64,000 nucleotides of DNA from Phoronis australis (taxonomy: Eukaryota; Animalia; Phoronida): NCBI GenBank assembly GCA_002633005.1, contig NMRA01000108.1, positions 539,006 through 603,005 of the forward strand, read 5' to 3'. Below, piece after piece: positions 35,701 to 48,300 of the stretch. Position 1 is the stretch's first letter. Every line of letters begins with the position of its first letter. A program made the translations under genes and the position numbers. The notes beneath the pieces were generated by a model. That model did not search any database. It saw nothing but the letters and a program-made list of their open reading frames with translations, and had not been told where the DNA came from.

Positions 35701-38190
35701 TTGCGTTTGTCGAAAGTTATGCCAGTTTGGTTCCCAAGAAGGCACTGTAAGCTTACATTTTTTGCTGGGTTTTGCCTGACAGTGCACACGTCACTGGTCT
35801 TGCTGCCCTTTTTACACTCTGTAGCAAACTGTGAGTCGTGTCACATGAAAGCCGCCATTCCTAACCACAGAAACTATATTCTATCCCATATTTTTACCCT
35901 TTAACTTTCACCGAAAAAAAGGTGTCAAAAACGCAAAATTGACAGTTTTCAGCCCAAAAACCACCATTTCCCTGCCAATGCTCGACACCGTGAGCCAACA
36001 TTAGAATCTTAAAGCAAATTTCCCAGGGATTCCACAAATCAGGATGGTCCGGTAAAAGTGCTGTCATTCAATTAGATTTTTGCAATTCTGTGATATTTGA
36101 TGGCTATCTCAGTGAAATCGCAGCAGATACACAACCCATGTATGCTGCAATTCAGCATTGTTATAGGGCCAGGGGCCGCCATTTTGAAGAAAATTGTATC
36201 TGCAGCCGAACTCGTGGTCTGCTTGTACAGTGCATCCGAAATGAGCATCGCCTTATGATATTGAAACCTGCGCCTCGCTGTGCTTAAAAATGTGCTCACC
36301 CGCCCAGTAAGCTCTCAAAAGAAAAAAAAACAATGCCGTCGAAAATAAACACCCTGGTATTATAATTAAAGTAATTCCATCTATTGCTTACAGGAAAAGA
36401 CACAGGACAAATCTGGATTAACGGCAAGGAAGTGCCTTCGGATGACATTTTGGTTAGTTGCACATGATTTTTGGATGTTTGGGAAATGAATTCTAGATAT
36501 ACATGTATTTCCCATCCTACTTTGTTTTGTGACCATTCCTAAAAATGATCTCCATGTTTTGAAGGCTAGCACGTTTCACATATTTTAAAGTTTACAATTG
36601 ATCTGAACATTGCAAAAAATTTGCATAGGTGGCAATTGACGCGAATGCAACAAAGAGAATCCCATCGTTGAGTATAATGCCGATTTATACAAATTTAAAT
36701 TCTAAAAGTACTCATAATCATAAGTGCCATCAATTCTCTTATTAGGTTTAACAGTTTCTTGAACGCTTAGAAGATGAACTGGTTGTCACTGATAATAACT
36801 TAAATCACTAAAGCGGTTGCAGTGCTAGACCCTCGTTCCGTCAAGGAAATCAATTTTCAGTTTTAGAGCATTGATCGTAAGGTAATTGGAGAGCGTTCCA
36901 TAGACTAAGTTTCTCGCGACAAAGCAAGATCTCGCAAGACCTCGCAAAGGCGAGTGCTTCGAGAGTAACCTATTCTAACAAGCAAAGCGGCTGCCATTCA
37001 AGTGACTGATCGGTGTGGCTGAAGTGTTGAATTGTGGCTTTCGATTACTAGTTTTCATTTTATCAGTGAAGATTTTTCGTCTCATGAAGCTGACGTCTTG
37101 CGGTCTACAGAATGCAGCCCCATTCTCGCTTTCATTTTTCCTTATAACTTAGATAAGAAGTCATTGCTGTACTTGGAAAAAGTGACAGTTCATTCTGCTT
37201 GAGAACACGCTCGGCGCATAAAATCACTCGCCGTGACGAGCCAACTTGGCGAGCCTGGTCTAGAAGTAACAACAAACTAGTATCAGTTCTTTCTGAGCCC
37301 AACATAAGTCCGCTTTCATAACGGCAAATGCTCTAAATCAAAAGTTAGTTTTTGGCAGAAAGCGTGTTTATAGCCGCTTCAATAAAGATTTTTGATGTTT
37401 GACGAAAGTTGACATACATTACATTTCAGTGCGACTTCGACAGCAATGGCGAAGGAACTGTGATAAATTTCACAGTAGGAAGTGACAAAGCGAGGATTAT
37501 GGGTAAACGAGGCGGAAAAGGAATAGACCACCAACTCACAGTCAACGGATACCTCATACCAGAGTAGCCCATGTTATCGTTTGCAACACATATAGACTAT
37601 ACAGAGGACACGTTTGGTTGTACATGTTGGTCTAGATCACTGATTTTCCCGAAGAAACCGAAACGGTAAAAACCAACCAGGCTATATCGAAGAATGCGAC
37701 CCCTTTGTCGTCTTCAACCCACCATTCCAGTTTCACATATACTCGTTTTCTTTTCAGTCACAAAACAGGATTTACGTATTTAAGTGAAAAATTAGGTACT
37801 AGACCATATAGAAAAAGGAATTTTAGTTCCTGTAACCTAAATACCTTTGTTGTAATATAATTGTTTTAAAAAGTACACAAAAACGTACGCTCTGAGAACT
37901 TTTTATTGTTACAGAGAGTTGTCAACGTAGTTGGGTGACAACAATAAAATTGTTTTTTCGTTAATTCGTGACAGTTTTACGGCTGCAGAATTGACCGAAG
38001 GGATAATCAATTAATTTACTACTTACAGTCATTGTAACGTGTCAGTTATTTTTCTAGTTGAAGAAGTTGTTTATATTTTATCTCACATATACTCTAACTG
38101 TAAGTTGTTCTTAGCACCGTATGCTGTTATCGTTTAACGGGCAAAGATGAATTGTCCGCACGAGCTAAATTTGTTAGCCAAAGCGACATT

Positions 38191-38216
38191 CTGACGAAGG
38201 CTCAGGCTGAAACGTT
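38191..38216 (+). ncRNA. Minimal hammerhead ribozyme motif (Penelope pLTR type)
   Basis: CTGACGA-A-GGC-TCAG-GCT-GAAA-CGTT; same architecture as the 24199 motif. Confidence 0.5.
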
Positions 38217-38950
38217 CACTGGAAAGGAACGGCCAAGTCCATCAATCGAATTTTTCTACAGCGTTGTGCAATTTCCTGCTGCGATTTCATTAACGTAGTC
38301 TGGCTTGATGTTTGTGTTCCCTATATGTTATGGTTTGCTTAAGACACAGGAATAAGAGTTGTTTATTTAACTGTGATATTCATACGCGTGCACTTCAGTC
38401 TATATCAGTTAAATGCAAAAGTAATACATAGCATTAGTAACAATGGCGAAATAATTTCAAAGCTCTAAATACCCAAATGAACCACTGTGGGATGTATAAA
38501 AGACTGTAGGCTCAATTTGCCCAATCCGTCAAGGTGGAACAGTTTTTCAGAGAGGATGAAATTATTTGAAAAACTCTGAATTAAATTATCTTATTAAATT
38601 CCTTTATTCTACTAGGGCACACCACTTATTTAGATGTGGTCCAAGAGTTGTTTTATTTTTTTACTGTCGAGAACATTTGTTAATAAATAACCTGATTATT
38701 TGTTTACTAACTAATCTTCAAGTGATTAGCACTTTGAGTACCTGTCAATAGATGTATGTCCTTGTGTATATTTATTTTCCATGCAGCTAATAGATGTCAG
38801 GCTTAGGTTTTGATGCCTTAGCGTTCAATGCGAAATGTACACTGAGCAAATTATAGTGTTGGTTTACTAGTTTGTTAGTGTTATTTACTTACGCACAAGC
38901 GAAACCGTGACTACTTCTGGGTATGTTTCTAAAATGTTCTCCAAAAGAAC

Positions 38951-39087
38951 CAGGGCCCAGTTTCGCTAAAATGTCACAACTTCACGAAGTTTTTACACTG
39001 AGACTAAACGCAGTCATACCCTCAATTTTACGAGTAATCAACTCCGTCTAGCGTCGTTAAGTTGCATTACAGTGAAACAGGCCTCTG
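38951..39087. mobile_element. MITE (CAGGGCCCAGTTTC family)
   Basis: Ends CAGGGCCCAGTTTCGCT / AGTGAAACAGGCCTCTG. Confidence 0.6.
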
Positions 39088-42000
39088 ATAACATACATGA
39101 TGGGATACATTTGTTCTGGGGTTAGGTATACTACCAGTTTATCAAGGGTTACACGTTTTTCGACTTGGCATTCCCTCTAATTTAGCTGTGGAAATACATC
39201 CTGTTGACTTACTACTAGACCCGTAAAAACTAGCACTAGGGATCGGAGACGTCTATTTAAAAAACACACGACAATGACAACACAGCCGTTGTTAATGTAG
39301 CTTTTTCAAAGATGTATGGAGCTCCAGGGATGGGTTGTACAAATCTTTAAAGCTTGCCCGCAAGGTTAATTTGAGTGATGCATGCCATCAGATGCTTTGT
39401 GACGTGTGATGATTGGACGTCCATTGCTGCTATCCATAGAAACACTGTGGTCTCCGTGCCTGTGTTGCGCACAAACACATTATTTTACTCTTTGTCTATT
39501 GTTGTTTTCAGCGTATGACTTTTACGCAACCGGGCCTAGGGCCTTTTTCGTGAAAAGTGATTTTATAGCTTTCAGTTTCTGTCTTAAAAGACAGAAAATG
39601 ATTGTCCAGCTCCACACAACTACTTCCGAAAAATAATTTAATCTCACTTAGTAAAGTGTCTTAGAATATATCTAAAATTGTTTAAGTAAAATTACTCAAA
39701 TAATTTCTATAGATTATTGCTAGACAGTTGGCCAGACAAGCACACTGAAACATATTCAGCGATGTGGAAGCGTAAGACAAAATTTCTGACCAAAGCCTTA
39801 AATCACTTTTCGGGAGCGTGTTCCTGGTGTATATTTCTGTATTCTTCGCGATTTTTCTGGTTTACTGAAAAATATGCTGTTTCACTATAAAATCTTGTAT
39901 AGACTGCTTTTGCCTACTTGTACTTATTGTGGACAATGCTTATTTTGACAATTTATTTCATCAATAAAAGCCAATAACTATTTTCTCGTGTTTAGGTTAA
40001 ATTTAGACTCGTGACCTGTCTTTACGACCTTACAGTTGTAAAAAGACGTTTCTCCAGGTGCGCGTTCCGCAGACGCTACTCACTAGCGAGTAACCTTAGC
40101 GTGACCACGTGCTTTTCATGTAGTGCATGGCAATATCTCGCGAATTGTCCCTCGCTTTTCTTAGAAATTGTTTCACGGAACGCAGTTCTAGGTACAGCTC
40201 AACATCTGTTTCGTGACGAGAAAAATCTTGCCAAAATCTCGACTCTCATTGAAAATATACGGCGATATCTGCGGAATCTCACGAGGTCTTGCTTACCTAG
40301 AGAAACACCAGGGTTATTGAACTCGCTCTTGAGCTCAGTGCCTGGCCTGTTTGACTAGTGCCAAAGAGGAATAGATATACGGTCTCTGCTTATAAAGACC
40401 ATCCGCTTCACTTTCGGTGGGATGAACACAATTGAAGCCAGCTAAAGATTGTGTAATGTGCCTCGTTTGTGATGGCGATATCGGTGCACAGATTCACTGT
40501 TGGAATATAAATTAAGCTAGAAATTTAGAATACCCATCCATTTAGAGCCGGACTCGAAAAGAAGACCAATTTCATGATTTGTAGAGAGCTTTTACAGAAA
40601 AGTCACCCGCTGCTCCAGAAGCATCGCCTTATTGTACGGGTTAATTCCGTAAACGCAACTCATTCTTAAGGATTCTTGAACAGGTGAATTTCTAACTCGG
40701 TACGAAAAGACGAACATGGCATGTTGTCAAAAATGTGTAGAGTACTGTAACATAGTTTGCAACCAAAAATTTTAAGAATATATGCAATACCATAAACCCT
40801 TTATAGATGTGTATAGTTGGAAAAGGAGCCTTTTGCTGAATTTCAAAGTGAACTCTTTTTAGGTAATTCAATTCGAAAATCTTCGTTTTGTAGGGAATTT
40901 TGTCAGAAAATCCCCTTCGTAGGAAAAGTGGTCTCGAAAAAGTCCCCCTTGTGCGGCACGTAACGTGTACCTCATTTGAGAAAGTATCCACGTGGTAGAG
41001 CATCGTATGTTCCGCGGACCGTCCCCATTCCTGTTACACCGGTTACCCGACAAGTCCTGTATTCATCGATGAAGTACAAAGACCTGGACACAAAACATCA
41101 ACAGAGAAACGAACAAATTGCAGTCCAGTGCGGGATGGGCAATCCAGACAGCCATTTTCAATCACGTTACCCAGTACTGTTCAAGTAGTAGGATACCTTC
41201 ATCATTAACGCAGTTATTTTTTGCGAATAAAAGTTCTTTTTTCATAAACCGCAATGCCTTCAGAAACATGTTCTGTTCTCTTAAACCGCATTTCGTTTCG
41301 TGACTGACAGGAAGCCCGACATGCATGTGCCGGTATGTCAAATAGGTACACTGTACAACTGGGAACGTCGGTTTATGAGAAAACAATTGTATTTGTGAGA
41401 ATTGAACTGCATTGATGAGAAAATAATGCTGCTAATGAGAGCGCACCCTGCTGTCAAACTGAAATGCACGTGTACACGTGTACACATTTTTCAATATCAT
41501 TTGAATAAAATAAATTTCGGACACGAGCTGTTTCAGACAACTCTTGTGGCGGTTATTCTATACTCATCTTTTCAGAGACTGTATTAACTTTTTGTATTAT
41601 TTACATTGTTATGTCGTTATAGAGTTCCCTTTTCGCCAACTTGACGCTCTCTTTTATGTCTGAAAGCGAAGCTTCGCTTGCACTGACGCACGGTCTATGT
41701 TCATTACTGGACTGAAGCCAAACATAAATTCATCATCAGGCACATAGATTTAATTGCGTGAGGATACTTTTAATATAAATTTTGATTCGAGAGTTAACCA
41801 CGAGTCCCTGATGTGGTTCCTAACTAAATTAAGTAATGCATTTTTTAGATTTTTTTTCAGTGACATGTGGAAATTTGGCGCTTTCTGACCATGAGCCTTG
41901 ATTATCCAGTGTGAAGCTCAGACAGCCAATTAGAACAATGGATCAAAAATGGAGAGAAAATGGGTAGGACTAGGCCAGAAACGGGAAGGAAGATGGAGAC

Positions 42001-43746
42001 ATGGGAAGAATGGATAATTTTTCCAATTTGCTATCTCAGAATATCGCGTTACCGAAAATAATGGTCGTGTGGCGAGTCAAACATTCCGCCCTACAAGGAG
42101 ATGTGGTTTGCCAAGACGGTAACCTCCAGGGGATTTGGCACTCCGTTCAGTCGGTCACCTCACGAATACCTCAGCTAATGCCTGTGCGTCTTTGTGCCAG
42201 CGACCGGATTCCAGACCAAAGTGACCAGAACTCGGGGTTCGAGTCTCTAGTGCACGGGTGGCTGGTAGCTCCTTGGGCGACAAGCCGTCGGTGGAAAGCG
42301 GTACGCAGCCGGTGGTGCAGTTCGCCACCCAGAACCCCGCGTAATTCTCATTCACTGTGGCTGGCGTACGGTCTGTGGGCAGCGGCGTGGGTGACCTGCT
42401 CGCGGCGCGTCAAAATGGAGCCCAGAACCCAGGCCCACCTGCCGTTGCAGTCCAGGCACGACCAGCAGTTCCCTCAGAGTATTAGGTTTCTCGGCACTGC
42501 GTAGTTTTGGGCCACGGCTATTGCTATATGAATTTTGTTTTTCATGCCGGGCCTGCAAGGCAGGCGAGAAGTTGGCTAGAGAAAAAAAATCGCGCCACGA
42601 TAGTAGATTTGGATAGAAAACGATTTTTTCATTCCCGCAAGCAGGGAATTCACTGAAGACACGCAAAAATGTTCATGAGTTCGAGTGTCACGGTCTGCCA
42701 GTGCTATGGTATTACGGAAAGCATACATCCAAGTGTCGAATTACCCGCTGTAGGAGGCGAAATTTGCAGAAATGTCTCTCAGGGATGGCATGGGTGGTTG
42801 GTCAGAGAACGGAATTTTTCGAACCGTGCTTGGAACGGTCTCGTCCGCTCACATAGGGGCAAAAGTGACGACCAATGGGACTTGCATGGGCCCCGGCGGA
42901 TCGATGAAAAATATGCGTCGGTACCAACTACCATGAAATCGTTGTGAATCTCAGGATTTTGGGTCGCTCTTAAACATGTGTTACTCAGTAATCTCCATTA
43001 TTTTGGTAAACAGAGTTGTTGTGTTTTCACCTGCTTTCAGTTTGTACTGTACTGCTGCGGCTGCTACTTAATTAGTACTCTTACACTCTATCACAGTGCC
43101 ACTTTGCAGTATAGGTGGCGCTGTGTCAGAGGGTATTAGTACTCTTGGCGTTAGGACAAGATCAGTGAAACAGTAGCACCACCTTACGGGCGCGGTCTGA
43201 ATTTAGGAATAGAATTCAATGCTTCTCATACAACGTTTGAATTGATTTGATCTACCTTTTATTGTTTCCCATTTGAATTTTTACAGTACGATCTACTATT
43301 CGACTTGAAGGTGCCTTTACCAAATGGAATACTATAATGTTTCTGAATTGAATTTTGACAAGACGGATTTTTTTTAATTCATTTGATCTTCCGAAACTTT
43401 TGTGGAATCGTTTAGACCTAATCTTTATCTGATTTAATTGGCGATGGGAGTCTCCTTCACAAAGACTCACGGATCGAGGTGGCCAGTGTCATTAGAATCA
43501 ACCCTGTGCAGCCTTGCGAATATATTGAGAAAAATCCGTATATCGCCAATACGCGGAACCACTTGCACAAGCCGTGTTAGAGTCTATGTTCTGCTTGTTA
43601 TGGAAATAGAATTTTAATCCTTTCTACGAAGGTTCATGAACCAAATGCTTTACAGACATTATTGGAAAAAGCGCGTTATGAAGTGTCCAAGTCTTTTTGC
43701 TTGACTGAATTCAGATTACGTAGAACCATTGACAAGTATGTGTATA

Positions 43747-44220
43747 GGGCCTTTCATAATAACGTCGACGCGTCGATGGTTTGGGGAGTTGCGGTCAGTA
43801 TGAACGCTTAATTCCGGTCCTGGATCGCAGTTAAGAGCTCCAGTTAACATCGCAGTTAATAGGTGGATTTAAGACCGCTTAACTCCGGTCCAATCGAAGT
43901 TATCGCCAGGTGTCACTGTTATCGTCAACAGTTACAGAGTAGTGCCGTCACTAATAACTACTTATTGTTTGCTTTAATGATAAACAATCGATTTAAAAAT
44001 GAGTTTACTGTCATTTAGCACATTTAAATGTTCCAAATTGTCACATTGAAAAAAATCTTAGCGTGCAGCGCTACCTTGCGATAACTTCGATGACGTCAGC
44101 GTCACCAACCCTTTTCTTCGATGGTCATTAACTACCGAAGCCAGTATGAACGGTCCAGTTAACTGCGCTGTTTACGTCGACGCTCCGCTCAGACCGGAGT
44201 TAAGTCAATATGAAAGGGCC
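43747..44220. mobile_element. PIF/Harbinger-like MITE
   Basis: TIRs GGGCCTTTCATA / TATGAAAGGGCC, WTA flanks, repeated internal TTAACTCCGGTC / GACCGGAGTTAA and ACGTCGACGC motifs. Confidence 0.65.
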
Positions 44221-44560
44221 TTATAAGCCAAGTATTTATAAAACAATAGATTTTATCTCTGTAAAAATATATATTCTGTGAAAGAAGAATGTCGTAGACT
44301 TGATTTTTGTTTTTTGGCCAGATCGACGAATATGTCTTTTTAGTAAACTACAGGGAAAAAGAAAACCAGGCACATTAATGCCAATGGAATATGATCAAAA
44401 TTAACTTTACTTGATAAAAATCTTCAAGATGACGAGATGTCAAAAATGGTACTGCCGAGTTTTCTAACTTTATCTTGGAAAATGTATGCTCAGTATTTAT
44501 GAAGTGTCCAAGTGTTTCTGTTTTATTTAAAGGATACTGAATTCTATCTGTTTACAGTCT

Positions 44561-44915
44561 ACCAATCGTTCTGTCATCTTCTAATGCATCATTGGCGTCA
44601 ACTAACCTTGAAAGAAAAAAGTAGGAATCACTCACTGAAAACTCATCTATACTAGCTCCCCGGCTATAGTCTCACAAACAGGCTGGATTATGGCCTTGGC
44701 GGGTGGTCATTTCCCACAGTTGCCGTGTCGGTAATTCGGCAAAAGCGTAGACCACGCTTGCCCATTTAGCAGACTTTGAAAGGAGTTTCAAATTTTCCTC
44801 CAAACTGTTAAGTCACTCCAGCCGTCGAGGCCGCCGGGTTACAGAATTTGTTTCAGGAGTGGATGGGAAAGTCGTTGTCATCTGTCATACGACAAAACCG
44901 GATTTGGTATCCTTA
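44561..44915. repeat. Old dispersed duplicate, homologous to 28183-28470
   Basis: See 28183-28470. Confidence 0.7.
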
Positions 44916-45203
44916 ATGTTTCTGTACTATTTAGCTTAAAGGGTGTGTTATACCCTGTATCCCACTATTGGTAGACAGAGGGACGGGGGAGACTTGAAGG
45001 ACATTGTGAAACGTAAAAAGGGGCTAGTGCCTGAACTTTAGTGGACTGAGTGCATTCGAGGCTAGCCCTAGTTCAGAGAGGCCACTGTTCACGTGGCTCT
45101 CATGTGATCAATAAAATGTGTTTTTCAATTGTCGAGAGTCGAACATTTATGGAAGCTGAGATTGAATATTTTGGTTGAAAGAAAGATGTAAGAAAATCGC
45201 ACT

Positions 45204-45372
45204 ATGGCCTTGAAATCAATTACTAGAGCCAGTTTAGCGGCTCACTGGAGGCATGTTCGTCAGGACAAGTTAAATCGGTATTTAATGCTGACATCTCGAT
45301 GTTTTACTCAAGATCGACCTGCAGAACGACTGTGGAAGGAATACGAAAATGCCAGGGAAAATATGAATAAAG
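45204..45372 (+). CDS. NT5DC3: NT5DC exon 1 (Arg-rich, mitochondrial-presequence-like N-terminus)
   Basis: [20 protein letters not shown]...LW..YE..R; phase-1 donor at 45373 matches the exon 2 acceptor. Confidence 0.8.
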
Positions 45373-48300
45373 GTAATCGTGTGTTATCATGATCACTAGT
45401 CGATAAGGACACCCTAAAACCTGGTGCTCACATTCCAGAACAATATTCAAAACAATACCTTACGGCCAGGAATTTTAACTACAAAAACCTGCCTGATATT
45501 CCTGATCAGTTTTCGTAAAGCTGCATTTCACATAACCACCTAACCCTGCTAACTGTAGGTGTGTAAGACTTCATGAACATCGAAACACAGCTAGTGAACG
45601 CTGTGGGTAAAAATTTGACACTTTAAGCGAAGCTTGATGACTTATTGCAAGGAGACTTAATCAACATGTAGCATGTCAAACCACTGAGGCACCTTTAATC
45701 AGCCGCTCGTCATGACACTACACTATAGAATGTGTACGAGAGGGATCCAATATGGCCCGTGAGTACTTGCACAAGCGAGTTATTTACCCGTTTGATTAAA
45801 ATTGATGGAACTGTTAAAATACACTTCAAATCTGTTACTTTATGTTCGTTTAGTGAAGACACTCGCAGACAATAAAGACAAATGGAACGATCTGATGTAG
45901 GCAATGTGCCTCAAATTCCACAGCTCGCCGTACTCAGCGATCAAAAGATGCCATGACAGACTAAATAGTTGTGGGTTGAGTGTTTGCTATTAGTGAAGCT
46001 GCAATTGTCTTGGATGAAAGGTTAAAGGTCAATTGAATTCTCATTCCAGTTCAGTCACTCCCTCATAACGTGGACACTTATTCAGTATTTGCAAATAATG
46101 AGTTGGACATGTCGGAAATTGAAGTGTTCGGCTTCGACTACGATTACACGCTCGCCAACTACACCGACAACTTACATTATCTTCTGTATGACTTGGGACG
46201 TGATTATTTAGTCAGCAAATTCAAGGTAAGTCTGTACCTTTTGTTGGTTGTAAGCGCTATGCTTCTGAAACGTAGTCTTTTATTATCACAGTTTGGGTCT
46301 GAAATCCACCATGACCTTGGTGAAAGTCATGTAATATTGAGCTCGTATCATCAAATGAAAAATGGAAACTAGTTTTAATTAATTTTGTAAATTTGTATTT
46401 TTCTTTTCAAGGTTGTCAGAGCTTGTTATGTACCAGCGGTCGTTCTGTGTTTTTGTACGATGAGCCTTTATTGCAGAAAAAAGTTGTTTGAAAATACCCT
46501 ACCCAAGACAACTGAACATGGTTGCCAGACTCCCTCGGTCAGTCGCTGCTATTTTGTTTTGGTATTCTGTTCTATTTATGTGACTTAGTACAGTGGAAGC
46601 CAAAAGTATTCAAGACCAAATGATCTGGAATTTCCCATTATGGTCTTTGGGCAAAAGAGGCATTCATTTGTGAGTGAAGCTGTCTCTCATGACTGAGAAT
46701 GAAAGGGAATTAAAAGGACATGTAGGAAGGTGGATAAACCATTCTGCTGAAGCGTGCTGCTTAATAGTCATTTTTGTTGTGTTAACACAATTAGCCATCA
46801 TGACGTGGAAATGGTATTTTGTCTGATTACTTTTGTAAGAGACTGTACGATTTGCTGGTTATCTTAGAACCCATTTTAATACTAATACTTTTTGCAGTAT
46901 CCAGAAGAAATTGTCGATCTACCTTTTGATCCCAAGTTTTCTGCCAGAGGACTACACTTTGACGTGCAAGAGGTAAGACTGAGAGGACAAATCACCTTTT
47001 TGTTTTATAGGTGACTTGTTTACTTGTAGCTCAGGGGTTTTGAAAGTTAAATGGTTCTTTCGATAAAATTATGCCTCTACTGGAGATGTTTCTTGGTGAG
47101 AAAGTTGCACCAAACAAACAATAATTAATGTAAAGAAAACAAGAAACATGGTTTCTTACCTTTGTCAGAGTTGGAACATTCGTGGGTCTGAGGTAGTAGT
47201 CAGCAGATGGATAATAATAACCTTTATGGGATTCTATAATTTGGATTACGTGATAGCTTTATTGTCTATTGGATGTCATTGACCTTCCAGTTTGTGTATT
47301 GAGTATCTTCGAGAAATGGAAAAAAACAGCAAACCTGTTTGCTTTCACAGTGTACAAACAGTAGCAGGTCTGGAGAACATTATCAGGAAAGACAACTATT
47401 TTGGTGTATGTATAATTTGTACATGCTTTGAATGTGATTTTAAAATGAAACTGCTGTCAGTAATCTAACCATTGTAATAATGTAAATTTGAAGTCTTACA
47501 ATATCACACCAATTCAGTCCCTGCAGGTTGCATATTAGTGGTGCTGGGAGTTTTCAAAACGATATGTTTCACCCTTACAAATGAGAGTTCTGTCAGGGCA
47601 AAAACCCAGGCATAAGCTTTGTGAACTGTGACCTCATCAATTAACTGATGTTCTCTGATTGGTCGTTTCTTCACCATGCTCATTCTGAGCTTATTGACTC
47701 TTTAGTCAATGTGTGACAGAAAAATGAATGTTTTATCAATACACATCGTCTTTTGAATAGGTTTCAGGTAAACCACAAATATTACGCCTATACCGTACCC
47801 TAATGATATTATCTTTGGGTCAAACAAGCTGATGCAGATTTCAGAAACTTTGCTGGGATAATTTTGTGATATTTGACATAGATAACAGCTCCATCTATAC
47901 ATCAACAGCGTAATTGGGGCTTAATCCTTTATAACTTGTAAATCATTGGACAAAGAAACTTTTCATATTCCGTGTACAGAGGTCTACGTTTCTAATGGCA
48001 TAAATTATTGTTAAGTTCAATAGTACTTCTGCAATTACTTTTGGAAAAATGCTAATAAGAATCATTGTTTTGCTGCTTGACCTTGATGGTAATATCTTCC
48101 TGCAACAGATAATTTTGCAGAATATCTAATGATGGCTTTTGAAATAATGTTACGATCGAAATGGATAACAATTAGGTTTTCTTTCCCAGCCTTCTACACT
48201 AGCAGTATGCATGAATTTTCAATTTCGAGCATGGTCTGCGAACATCAGCGTCCAGTGTCTGTTGCATGAAAAGTGACACTTAAGACAGGGCGCTTCACAC

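Noticed and set aside
42001-42947. 167-aa ORF and neighbours in a GC/CpG-rich block
   Set aside because: No recognisable motif or splice support, and overlapping ORFs on both strands; probably a non-coding TE interior whose ends I could not define.
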